Origin: Caulobacter sp.
GTDB taxonomy: Bacteria; Pseudomonadota; Alphaproteobacteria; Caulobacterales; Caulobacteraceae
Assembly (NCBI GenBank): GCA_044377925.1
Contig: JBILYE010000001.1
Coordinates: forward strand, 1 to 46,459
Length of the DNA: 46,459 bases
Reading direction: 5' to 3'
The notes under the pieces were generated by a model. That model searched no databases and was not told where the DNA came from. It saw nothing but the letters and a program-made list of their open reading frames with translations. Below are positions 38,260 to 46,459 of this stretch, in pieces (the first letter of the stretch is position 1; the number at the start of each line of letters is the position of its first letter). The translations under genes were made by a program, and so were the position numbers.

Positions 38260-38410
38260 CCCGGTCGGCAGTTCACCAAGGCGTCGCTGTCCCATCCGGG
38301 AAGCTAAACCTGCCACTTCGCCTCTCTTCGTCACCCGCTTGTCCCGTGCCGAAGTCGTAAGTCAGCGACCACGACCGATCCCCCGCGGATCGCCTCGGCA
38401 CGACGAGGAT
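38260..38410 (+). ncRNA. Candidate structured cis-regulatory leader of the DUF2087 gene
   Basis: GGCAG/CTGCC-closed domain and CGTGCCGA/TCGGCACG three-way junction abutting the GAGGA RBS. Confidence 0.45.
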
Positions 38411-38412
38411 GA

Positions 38413-38946
38413 GTGATGAGAGACGTGCTTCCCTTTTCGGCGCCCGACATTTCGGCGCTGGCCAGGACCCTGAGCCGCGAGATCAGCGCGCTCAATACCC
38501 CGCCCGGCCATGTCCAACTTCTCAATATCCTGGCCCGCGCCGCCGGTCACAGGAACTACCAGGCCCTGAAGGCCCAGCATGACGCCGGCCGGAGGCTCGC
38601 CACGCCGGTGACCGCCGAGCCGGTCGACAACCGCGTGGTCGAGCGGACGGCGCGCTACTTCAACGCCGACGGCAAGCTGGCCAGCTGGCCCTCGAAGGTC
38701 AGCCAGCAGCGCCTGTGCCTGTGGGTGATGTGGTCGCGGCTGCCGGCCGAGACGCCACTGAACGAGCGCCAGATCAGCGAGCGGCTGAAGGCCGAGCACC
38801 TGTTCGGCGACCCGGCCATCCTGCGCCGCGACATGGTCGGGCAGGACATGCTGAGCCGCACCGACGACGGCAGCGTCTATCGCCGCAATGAAAGACGCCC
38901 GCCAGCTGAAGCCCTGGCGCTGATCCGGGCCGTCAGCCGGCGTTAG
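38413..38946 (+). CDS. DUF2087 domain protein
   Basis: HVQLLNILARAAG.RNYQ, WPSK, ERQI..RL...H.FGDPAILRR. Confidence 0.8.
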   Translation: MMRDVLPFSAPDISALARTLSREISALNTPPGHVQLLNILARAAGHRNYQALKAQHDAGRRLATPVTAEPVDNRVVERTARYFNADGKLASWPSKVSQQRLCLWVMWSRLPAETPLNERQISERLKAEHLFGDPAILRRDMVGQDMLSRTDDGSVYRRNERRPPAEALALIRAVSRR

Positions 38947-39030
38947 AGCGTCGGGACCGGCATGATCGCCATCACCTCGCCGCCCTCGCCGGGGAAGATG
39001 GAAAAGTGCGGATGGTCGATGAACAGGCGG
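38943..39030 (-). pseudogene. Orphan C-terminal gene fragment (YCII-related-like)
   Basis: RLFIDHPHFSIFPGEGGEVMAIMPVPTL* with strong GC3 bias but no matching intact N-terminus. Confidence 0.45.
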
Positions 39031-39295
39031 GGCGTGTTTGCTGAACGGCTGGAGCCGGCCAAGGCGTTTGCTCGGGTCGAGCGATCACCCGCGGGCGCCG
39101 CTCCGTCGACCAGGCCTCGCCCTTGTGGAACAGGTCGATGCCCCCCTTGACGACAATCTGAACTTTTCGTGCGCGGCCCACTCTTGCTACAATTTGAAGT
39201 TATTGGGGAAATGAGTTGAAACAGACCGGCTGAGGGCCTTGGCGAATCGCCGATGCCTCAAGGCCGTGACCGCGGGTCCTAGGGAGGCGTCCGAG

Positions 39296-40957
39296 TTGAT
39301 CGAACTGTTGCCGTCGGCGCTGGCCGTCGCCCTGCTGCTGAGCTTCGCCGAAGGACAGCACCGGCCGGTTCCGGCTGTCGCGCCGCCGGCCGCCACCTCC
39401 GCGATGCCGATCCCTTACGCTTCGGCGTCGACCCCGGCCCAGACCCTGTCTTCCGCCCTCGAAGCGGTGCGCCGCAAGGACCTGAACGGCGCGCGCGCGC
39501 TCCAGGCCACGCTGAGCGATCCGGTGGCGCGGCGGGTGATCGACTGGGCGATCATCGATGTTCTCGGCAAGGCCCTGGGCGAGGCGGAGCTGTCACGGGC
39601 GGTCAATGATTTCGCTGGCTGGCCACGTCCGGAGGGGCGTCTGGAGGCCCTTCGGGCAGCCCAGGACGCGGCCACGCCGGCCGGCCCGGTGCCCTACAGC
39701 GCGGTTGCCGGAACGACGGGCGGCGGCGGCGGCTTCAACGCCCTTCGCCTGCGGATGAACGACGCCCTCAAGAGTCGGGACGGGGCGTCCGCCTATCGCA
39801 TCATCAGCGGTCACAGCCTGCGGCCGGGCAGCGTCGACTATGCCGAGGCCGAGTCCTACGCCGGCTGGCTGGCGCTCAACAAGCTGCGTGACCCGCGCCT
39901 GGCCGACATGCATTTCCTGCGCCTGGAGCAGAACGTCAAAAGTCCGGTCAGCAAGGCGCGCGCCGCCTACTGGCGCGGGCGGTCGGCCGAAGCCATGGGC
40001 GATTCCGCCCGGGCCCGGGCCTTCTATGAGCAGGGCGCGGAGCACACGACGACCTTCTACGGCCAGCTGTCGGCCGAGAAGGCCGGCCGCACCACCCTGG
40101 TGCTGACCCCCGATCCACGGCCGGCGGCCGGCGATCTGGCCGACTTCGAGACGGGCGAGCTGGTGCGGGCCCTGCGCCTGCTGTCGGCGGCCGGTGAGCG
40201 CAGCCTGGTGCGGGTGTTCGGCCTCTACATGGGCGAGACGGTCGAGACGCAGGTCGAGCTGGCCATGCTGGTCGACACACTGCGCGGGCTGGGCGAACAG
40301 GAAGTGTCGCTGATCGCCTATCGCCGGGGCGCCCAACGGGGCCTGATCCTGCATGAACGGGGCTATCCCCTGCTGACCCCTCCGCCAGTCTATGGCGGCG
40401 CGGAGGACGCCTTCGTGCTGGCCATCGTGCGCCAGGAAAGCCAGTTCGACCCCCGCGTTCGCAGCCACGCCGACGCCCGGGGCATGATGCAGCTGCTGCC
40501 CAGCACCGCCCGCGCCACGGCCAGCCGCGTGGGCCTCACCTGGCAGCCCGAACGCCTGTGGGAGCCGAACTACAATATGCAGCTGGGCTCGGGGTACCTG
40601 GGCCAGATGGTCTCCAACCTCGGCGGCAGCTACGTGATGGCGGCGGCCGGCTACAACGCCGGGCCGGGCCGGCCGGTGGCCTGGGTGCAGTTCTGCGGCG
40701 ATCCGCGCGACCCGGCCGGTGATCCGCTCGACTTCCTCGAATGCATCCCGTTCGCCGAGACCCGCACCTACGTGATGAACGTGCTGTCCAACGTTCAGGT
40801 CTACCGGGCCCGGTTGAACCACGGCCACGCGCCCCTGACCCTGGCCAGCGACATCCGCCGGGGGGTCAAGCCGACGCCAAACCTGCCCAAGGGGCCGCAA
40901 CCCTACGTGCCGGACGGGCCGCAGCCTTACGTGGCCGATCCGACGGCCAGCCGGTAA
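39296..40957 (+). CDS. Soluble lytic transglycosylase (Slt-like, TPR plus SLT domain)
   Basis: AIVRQESQF catalytic Glu, GMMQLLPSTA, GYNAGPG, IPFAETRTYV; TTG start after GGGAGG. Confidence 0.9.
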   Translation: MIELLPSALAVALLLSFAEGQHRPVPAVAPPAATSAMPIPYASASTPAQTLSSALEAVRRKDLNGARALQATLSDPVARRVIDWAIIDVLGKALGEAELSRAVNDFAGWPRPEGRLEALRAAQDAATPAGPVPYSAVAGTTGGGGGFNALRLRMNDALKSRDGASAYRIISGHSLRPGSVDYAEAESYAGWLALNKLRDPRLADMHFLRLEQNVKSPVSKARAAYWRGRSAEAMGDSARARAFYEQGAEHTTTFYGQLSAEKAGRTTLVLTPDPRPAAGDLADFETGELVRALRLLSAAGERSLVRVFGLYMGETVETQVELAMLVDTLRGLGEQEVSLIAYRRGAQRGLILHERGYPLLTPPPVYGGAEDAFVLAIVRQESQFDPRVRSHADARGMMQLLPSTARATASRVGLTWQPERLWEPNYNMQLGSGYLGQMVSNLGGSYVMAAAGYNAGPGRPVAWVQFCGDPRDPAGDPLDFLECIPFAETRTYVMNVLSNVQVYRARLNHGHAPLTLASDIRRGVKPTPNLPKGPQPYVPDGPQPYVADPTASR

Positions 40958-41066
40958 ACCCGCCGCCTGGCGCCCCGCGCATTGAACTTCCGTGCTATGA
41001 TTGCGACATAGGGCTCTCAACGCTCGCCTGATTTGTCGCCAGCTGGCGGCCCCGGACCGGACTGCC

Positions 41067-41900
41067 ATGACCTATTCCGTCGACGACGACATCCAATACG
41101 AGACCCGCACGGGCGAGATCAAGATCCACGGGGCCGAGGGCTTCGAGGGCATGCGCAAGGCCGGCCTGCTGGCCGCCGAATGCTTGGACATGCTGATCCC
41201 GCACGTCGTGCCGGGCGTGCTGACCTCGCATCTGGACGACCTGGCCCGGAACTTTGTCCTCGAGCGCGGCGGCCTGCCCGCCTGCCTGTTCTACAGGGGC
41301 TATGGCCACACGGTCTGTATCTCGCGCAACCATGTGGTCTGTCACGGCATCCCCGGCGACTGGGCCCTGCGCGAGGGCGACATCGTCAACATCGACGTCA
41401 CCGTTATCGTCGACGGCTGGCACGGCGACACCAGCCGCATGTACGGCGTCGGCAGTGTACCGGCCCGGGCGCGGCGCCTGGTCGATATCACCTATGAAGG
41501 CCTGCGCCTGGGCCTTGAGGCCATCAAGCCGGGCGCCACGCTCGGCGACGTCGGCCACGCCATCCAGAAGTACGTCGAGGGCCAGCGCTGCTCGGTGGTC
41601 CGCGATTTCTGCGGCCATGGCCTGGGCCGCGTCTTCCACGACAGCCCCAACGTCGTGCACTTCGGCCGGCCCGGCACTGGGCCGCTTCTGAAGCCCGGCA
41701 TGTTCTTCACCATCGAGCCGATGGTGAACCTCGGCAAACCGCAGGTTAAGGTGCTGAGCGACGGCTGGACCGCCGTGACCCGCGACAAGTCGCTGTCCGC
41801 CCAGTGCGAGCACAGCTGCGGCGTCAAGGACGACGGCACGATCGAGATCTTCACCGCCTCGCCGACCGACCAGTTCAAGCCGGAGATCCAGGGCGACTGA
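41067..41900 (+). CDS. map: Type I methionine aminopeptidase
   Basis: VVCHGIP, NIDVT, HGDTSR, CGHGLG..FH, TIEPM, SAQCEHS. Confidence 0.96.
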   Translation: MTYSVDDDIQYETRTGEIKIHGAEGFEGMRKAGLLAAECLDMLIPHVVPGVLTSHLDDLARNFVLERGGLPACLFYRGYGHTVCISRNHVVCHGIPGDWALREGDIVNIDVTVIVDGWHGDTSRMYGVGSVPARARRLVDITYEGLRLGLEAIKPGATLGDVGHAIQKYVEGQRCSVVRDFCGHGLGRVFHDSPNVVHFGRPGTGPLLKPGMFFTIEPMVNLGKPQVKVLSDGWTAVTRDKSLSAQCEHSCGVKDDGTIEIFTASPTDQFKPEIQGD

Positions 41901-41903
41901 CCG

Positions 41904-43334
41904 TCAGTCCGGCGAGAAGAGGTAATATTCCTCAAGCCGACCATCGTCGGCGCGGAACATGATCAGGACCAACGTCCGGTCCGCCCAGCCGATTTCATGG
42001 ATGCTGCCGTCGAAGCCGGCCCAGGGCCCGTGCGTCATCAGGTCGAATCGCGCCGGCGGGCCCAAGGCGGTCAGGCTCGACGTCAGGTCGGCGCGCGTCC
42101 GGGCCGTGAAATAGCTCAACCCGTCAGGGGTAAAGCGCGCCTCCTCCAGACGCCCCGCCGCCAGATCATCGAAGATTCGCCGCGCCAGCTCCGTGGTCTC
42201 GGCATGCACCGGCCTGGCCCGCGGAGGAACGGCGGCAGCCGGTGTGACCGGCGCGGGTATCGGGCCGAGGAGCATCGTCTGCAGGCCCTCGGCAACCTCG
42301 TTGGAGGCCCCGCCGTAGTCGGCATTGACCAGCACGACGATGGCCAGGCCGTCGTCCGGGTAAACCCGGTTCTGGGCGACAAACCCCATCGAGGCGCCGT
42401 CGTGCGAAATCACCCGGTGGCCATTGGCGTCGCCGACATAGACCCCCAGGCCGTAGCCTGAGCCCGAGCCGTCCGTGAGCCTGGCTTCGGCCTGCTGGGC
42501 GGCATATCCGCCCGGCGAAAGCAGCCGCTTCCGCAACATGCCCAGGTCCCAGCGGGCCAGGTCCTCGGCCGTCATCGACAGCCCGCCGGCCCCGAAGGTC
42601 CAGCCCTGCGGAACAACTTCCGCCCGCCGGTTCGGCCCCAGGAGCACGCGGGTGTAGCCAGCCGCATCGCCCCCTTCAGGCCGGGGCGGTCCGAAGCGGG
42701 CCGAGGTCATGCCCAGCGGGCGGAACAGTCGCTCCTCCAGCAAGGCGCCCAGGGGCCGCCCCTCGACCACCTCCACAATCCGGCCGGCCAGGACGTAGTT
42801 GGTATTGCTGTACTGCCACTGCGCGCCGGGCTCGAAGCCGAGCGGGGCGCGGCCCCAACGATCGACGATGGCCTGCGGTGCGGTGTCCTGGCGCATCGAT
42901 GGTGGCAGGAAATCTACGCGCCAGTAGTTCACGTAACCGCTGATCTGCGACAGGAGCTGGCGCACCGTAATCCGGTCGCCGGCGGTGACCCCGGGCAGGT
43001 ACCGGCCCACCGGATCGTCAAGCCCGACCCGCCCCTCGTCGACCAGCTTGAGCAACAGGGTGGCGGTGAACTGCTTGGAGACCGAACCGATATCGTACCG
43101 GGCCTTCGTATCCGCCGCCCGCGTCGGCTCCAGTTCAGCCTGGCCATAGGCCTTCACGTAGGCCAGCTCGCCGCCGCGCACGACAGCGACCGAGACGGAC
43201 GGAACCTTCGACCTTGCGAGCGCCGCCTCCACCAGGGCGTCGGCCTGCCGTTGCTCGTCCGCCGTGAACGGCTGGGCCGAAGCCATCAATGGCCAGCCCA
43301 GGACCAGCAACAGAATTGGGAGCACGAACCGCAT
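41904..43334 (-). CDS. Exported serine hydrolase, beta-lactamase class C/AmpH-like
   Basis: Signal peptide, GSVSK (SxxK), YSN, HDG triad. Confidence 0.88.
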   Translation of the reverse strand: MRFVLPILLLVLGWPLMASAQPFTADEQRQADALVEAALARSKVPSVSVAVVRGGELAYVKAYGQAELEPTRAADTKARYDIGSVSKQFTATLLLKLVDEGRVGLDDPVGRYLPGVTAGDRITVRQLLSQISGYVNYWRVDFLPPSMRQDTAPQAIVDRWGRAPLGFEPGAQWQYSNTNYVLAGRIVEVVEGRPLGALLEERLFRPLGMTSARFGPPRPEGGDAAGYTRVLLGPNRRAEVVPQGWTFGAGGLSMTAEDLARWDLGMLRKRLLSPGGYAAQQAEARLTDGSGSGYGLGVYVGDANGHRVISHDGASMGFVAQNRVYPDDGLAIVVLVNADYGGASNEVAEGLQTMLLGPIPAPVTPAAAVPPRARPVHAETTELARRIFDDLAAGRLEEARFTPDGLSYFTARTRADLTSSLTALGPPARFDLMTHGPWAGFDGSIHEIGWADRTLVLIMFRADDGRLEEYYLFSPD

Positions 43335-43392
43335 GCGGCCATGGGGCGTAGCGGCTACGCCGCTGTCAACCAGGTTGAGGCTTGCCAAACCG

Positions 43393-43407
43393 GAACAATT
43401 GCGGAAC
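43393..43407. promoter_or_regulatory. Alphaproteobacterial LexA (SOS) box
   Basis: GAAC-AATTGCG-GAAC, the exact reverse complement of GTTC-N7-GTTC, 10 bp upstream of the radC ATG. Confidence 0.8.
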
Positions 43408-43417
43408 ATTGTTTCGC

Positions 43418-44182
43418 ATGCGTCCCGCCGCCCGCCTCGAAGACATAGCCGCCGCCCCGCTGCTTTGGGCGGATTTCACGCCATCGGACGCCCCGACGCC
43501 AGAGCCCGAGGTCAGCCTCAACGCAGGCCATCGCGAACGCCTGCGCACGCGCGCTCGAAAGGGCGGTCTGGCCGCCCTGCCGGACTATGAGCTGCTGGAA
43601 TTCTTCCTCTTCCGGTCGATCCCGCAGGGGGATGTGAAGCCACGCGCCAAGGCGCTGCTGACACGGTTCGGCAGTCTTGCGGCTGTCCTTGCCGCCTCGG
43701 TCGAGGACCTCTGCACGGTCAAGGGCATCGGTCCGGCCGTCGCGCTGGACCTTGCGGCGATGCACGAAGCGACCCTGCGGGTTCACCGCGAACCGGTGGT
43801 CAGGCGCACGGTCATCTCGTCCTGGACCGCCCTGCTGGCCTACGTGAAGCTGGCCCTGGCGCATGAGCCGCGCGAGCAGTTCCGGGTGCTGTTCCTCGAC
43901 AAGAAGAACCAGCTGATCGCCGACGAAGTGCAGAACCACGGCACCGTCGATCACGCCCCCGTCTATCCGCGCGAGGTCATGCGCCGGGCGCTGGAGCTGT
44001 CGTCCAGCAATGTCATCCTGGTCCACAACCACCCCAGCGGCGACCCGACCCCCAGCCACGCCGACATCGACATGACCCGCCAGATCGTCGAGGCGGGACG
44101 CACCCTGCGGATCGGCGTGCATGATCATCTGGTGGTGGGCCGCGAAGGTGTGGCAAGCTTCCGGTCATTGGGACTGATGTGA
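43418..44182 (+). CDS. radC: RadC family JAB-domain protein
   Basis: GHRERLR, DYELLE, EQFRVLFLD, YPREV, HNHPSGDP.PS..D, HDH. Confidence 0.93.
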   Translation: MRPAARLEDIAAAPLLWADFTPSDAPTPEPEVSLNAGHRERLRTRARKGGLAALPDYELLEFFLFRSIPQGDVKPRAKALLTRFGSLAAVLAASVEDLCTVKGIGPAVALDLAAMHEATLRVHREPVVRRTVISSWTALLAYVKLALAHEPREQFRVLFLDKKNQLIADEVQNHGTVDHAPVYPREVMRRALELSSSNVILVHNHPSGDPTPSHADIDMTRQIVEAGRTLRIGVHDHLVVGREGVASFRSLGLM

Positions 44183-44442
44183 TGGAAACGGCTATGGCGA
44201 TGCGAACGCTTTCGACAGATCTACCGTCGGAACTGGCGGACAAAATCGCCAAACTGGCCACCAGCCTGGACCGGTCGGCAGAAGGAATCGTCGCGGAGGC
44301 CTTGGCCGAATGGGTGGACCGGCAGGAACGGGATCACACACTGACGCTTGAGGGCCTGGCGGATGTGGACGCCGGCCGACTGTTGGATCATGAGGACATC
44401 GGGGTCTGGATCGCCTCCATGGGCGGTCGCCCGGCGTCTTGA
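44179..44442 (+). CDS. CopG/ribbon-helix-helix antitoxin
   Basis: LP.EL..KI..LA..LDRS...IV.EAL.EW, LEGLADVDAGR; overlaps the radC stop. Confidence 0.8.
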   Translation: MMETAMAMRTLSTDLPSELADKIAKLATSLDRSAEGIVAEALAEWVDRQERDHTLTLEGLADVDAGRLLDHEDIGVWIASMGGRPAS

Positions 44443-44714
44443 GGCTTCGGTGGACCGCTAGCGCTCTCGCCGATCTTGCGCGGCTCCATCGCTTTCTTGC
44501 GCCCGTGAACCCGCGAGCAGCGCTTGCTGTTCTCGAAAGACTCTCCGAGGCGCCGACGGTTCTTCTCGATCACCCCCGCATGGGACGTCGCCTACGACGC
44601 TACGCCGACCGCGAGGTTCGCAGCTTGATCGTTGGAGACTATGAAATTCGCTATGAGCTACGACCGGATGAGATCATCGTCGTTCGCATCTGGCACGGTC
44701 GTGAGGACCGTTAG
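44439..44714 (+). CDS. RelE/ParE family toxin
   Basis: WT..A.ADL.RL..FL, HP.MGR, Y.IRYE, IIVVRIWHGRE. Confidence 0.85.
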   Translation: MRLRWTASALADLARLHRFLAPVNPRAALAVLERLSEAPTVLLDHPRMGRRLRRYADREVRSLIVGDYEIRYELRPDEIIVVRIWHGREDR

Positions 44715-44737
44715 GCTCGCATCGGGAGCACACCACC

Positions 44738-45094
44738 ATGATCCTCGCCCTACTCGCGGCCACCCTGCTCTATGGCCAGCATACCTCCGATGCGCCGCCA
44801 GCCGCCTGCGACGCCAATCTGCAGGTCTGCCCGATCATCGACCCCGCCACCGGCCTGCCCAAGGTCTGGCCGGTCGATATCCAGGGCTTCCAGGACGACG
44901 TCGAGACCTGCGTCCACTTCGCCGGCGAAGAGCCCTATGACGCCGCCCGCCGGCGCCAGATCGAAGTGGCGATCCGGCGCCATTGCGATGGGTCGGCCCG
45001 GGCGCTCCCACGCCTTCTCAAACGCTATGAGAAGGCGCCGGAGGCCCTGGCCCGGATCAGGGCGATCCAGGCCTTCCGCGAGGCCAGCCTCTGA
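44738..45094 (+). CDS. Small exported Cys-containing hypothetical protein
   Basis: Signal-like N-terminus, CVHFAGEEPYDAAR motif, GGGAG RBS. Confidence 0.65.
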   Translation: MILALLAATLLYGQHTSDAPPAACDANLQVCPIIDPATGLPKVWPVDIQGFQDDVETCVHFAGEEPYDAARRRQIEVAIRRHCDGSARALPRLLKRYEKAPEALARIRAIQAFREASL

Positions 45095-45100
45095 ACCCGG

Positions 45101-46222
45101 CTACTTCGCCGGGTTGATCAGGTACTTCTCGCCCGTCGCCTTGCGGCTGTAGGCCTTCAGGGTGTCGGGGTTCAGCGCCTCGGCCAGGGACAGTTCGGCC
45201 GTGTAGTGGCTGGCGAAGGTGGTCTTCAGCTCGGCGGCGACACGGGCCCGCAGGCGGCCCATGACCTCGGGGCCGGCCTTCTGCAGGAAGTAGGTCAACA
45301 GATAGCCGCCCATGCCCCAGGACAGGCCGACGTTGCGGGGAATCTCGGTCGGACGCAGGTCCAGGCCGCCGTAGACATAGACCTGCTTGTGGGTGGCGCT
45401 GCCATAGCGGCTGTAGGTGGTGGCCGTGCGGTTCAGCGCCACTTCCATGGCCGCCAGAATGTCGCCGGCCAGCGGGCCGCCGCCGATGGCGTCGAAGCCG
45501 AGGGTGGCGCCGGTCTCGGCCAGGGCGTCGACGAGGTCCGCCTTGAAGCTGGGCGTGGTGCTGTCCAGGACGTACTTGGCGCCGAGATCCTTGAGGATTT
45601 TCACCTGTTCGGCGCTGCGCACGATGTTGACCAGCGGAACACCGTCAGCCTGACAGATCTTGACCAGCATCTGGCCGAGGTTGGAGGCCGCGGCGGTGTG
45701 GACCAGGGCCTTGTGGCCTTCCATCCGCATGGTCTCGGGGAAGGACAGCGCTGTCAGCGGATTGACGAAGCAGGAGGCGCCGTCGGCGGCCGTCGCATCG
45801 TCCGGCAGCGGCAGGCAGGCGGCGGCCGGGGCGATCTTGTGGGTGGCGTACATCGAGCCGCCGAGCGCCGCGACCTTCTTGCCGAGCAGGGCTTCCGCCC
45901 CTGCCCCGGCCGCGATCACCGTGCCGGCGCCCTCGTTGCCGACCGCCATCGACTCGTCGAGACGGGCGGCGACCATCGCCATCCGCTCGGGCGGTATGCT
46001 GACGGTCAGGGTCGGGCGGTCGGCGGTTCCGCCGGCCACCAGGGTCGAAAGATCGGCCGGACCCGTCAGCAGTCCGAGGTCCGACGGATTGATCGGCGAG
46101 CCCTCGACGCGGATCAGCACCTGACCGGCCTCCGGTTGGGGAACCGACACCTCCTCCAGCGACAGCTCCAGCTTGCCGTCCGAGGTAATCTTCGAGCGCA
46201 GTTCCAGACCCGTGGTCATCAT
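45101..46222 (-). CDS. MDR-superfamily (quinone/enoyl reductase-like) oxidoreductase
   Basis: PINPSD, GNEGAG, FVNPLTA, HTAAASNLG. Confidence 0.88.
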   Translation of the reverse strand: MMTTGLELRSKITSDGKLELSLEEVSVPQPEAGQVLIRVEGSPINPSDLGLLTGPADLSTLVAGGTADRPTLTVSIPPERMAMVAARLDESMAVGNEGAGTVIAAGAGAEALLGKKVAALGGSMYATHKIAPAAACLPLPDDATAADGASCFVNPLTALSFPETMRMEGHKALVHTAAASNLGQMLVKICQADGVPLVNIVRSAEQVKILKDLGAKYVLDSTTPSFKADLVDALAETGATLGFDAIGGGPLAGDILAAMEVALNRTATTYSRYGSATHKQVYVYGGLDLRPTEIPRNVGLSWGMGGYLLTYFLQKAGPEVMGRLRARVAAELKTTFASHYTAELSLAEALNPDTLKAYSRKATGEKYLINPAK

Positions 46223-46248
46223 CGTCTCTCCCGTGATGGTGTCTTGTT

Positions 46249-46458
46249 TCAGGCTTCGGCCAGCCAGGCCAGGTATTCGGGCGTTTGCAGCAGGGCTTCG
46301 ACGTAACGCTGGGCCCGGCCGTCGTCGCCGCAGATTTTCAGGTCGATGCCATAGCTTTCAAAGCGCGTGGCGACCGGGGTGAAGAAGGCGTCGGCGATCG
46401 ACCAGCCGCCCAGCAGGAACGGCCCGCCGGAGCGGTCCAGCAGACCCAGCCAAAGCTC
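46249..46458 (-). CDS. Glutathione S-transferase, C-terminal part (truncated by window edge, not in ORF track)
   Basis: Manual translation: ELWLGLLDRSGGPFLLGGWSIADAFFTPVATRFESYG...EYLAWLAEA*; the SIAD N-capping motif is typical of GST-C. Confidence 0.85.
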   Translation of the reverse strand, partial: ELWLGLLDRSGGPFLLGGWSIADAFFTPVATRFESYGIDLKICGDDGRAQRYVEALLQTPEYLAWLAEA

Positions 46459-46459
46459 G

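Noticed and set aside
1-46459. CRISPR array, IS element, prophage or restriction/anti-phage island
   Set aside because: No regularly spaced repeats, transposase, integrase or phage genes recognised; only one type II toxin-antitoxin pair.

Overview
High-GC alphaproteobacterial chromosome segment, most consistent with Caulobacteraceae (inferred from gene content and motifs, not from a search). It carries about 50 CDSs and one tRNA-Leu(TAA). No integrase, transposase, CRISPR array or prophage was seen. Core genes (dcd, metZ, apaG, hslO, cysE, queF, glcB, sfsA, map, radC) are interleaved with accessory genes. These include the tail of a GMC/Gfo/TIM-barrel glycoside-oxidation operon, a PhnZ-like HD protein, a double-LuxR/pseudo-alpha/beta-hydrolase fusion, an XRE operon with three related 'DE-motif' membrane proteins, three paralogous small secreted C-x14-C proteins, and a LexA-box radC-RHH-RelE/ParE unit. 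The most interesting non-coding signals are a structured, terminator-ended ~210-nt leader/sRNA upstream of phoH (with a CtrA-like box and five GANTC sites), a multi-stem leader upstream of a DUF2087 gene, a hairpin series before hslO, and an orphan 16-bp palindrome between convergent genes. All family calls come from motif recognition by eye, and several start codons were moved from the ORF track to more plausible positions.
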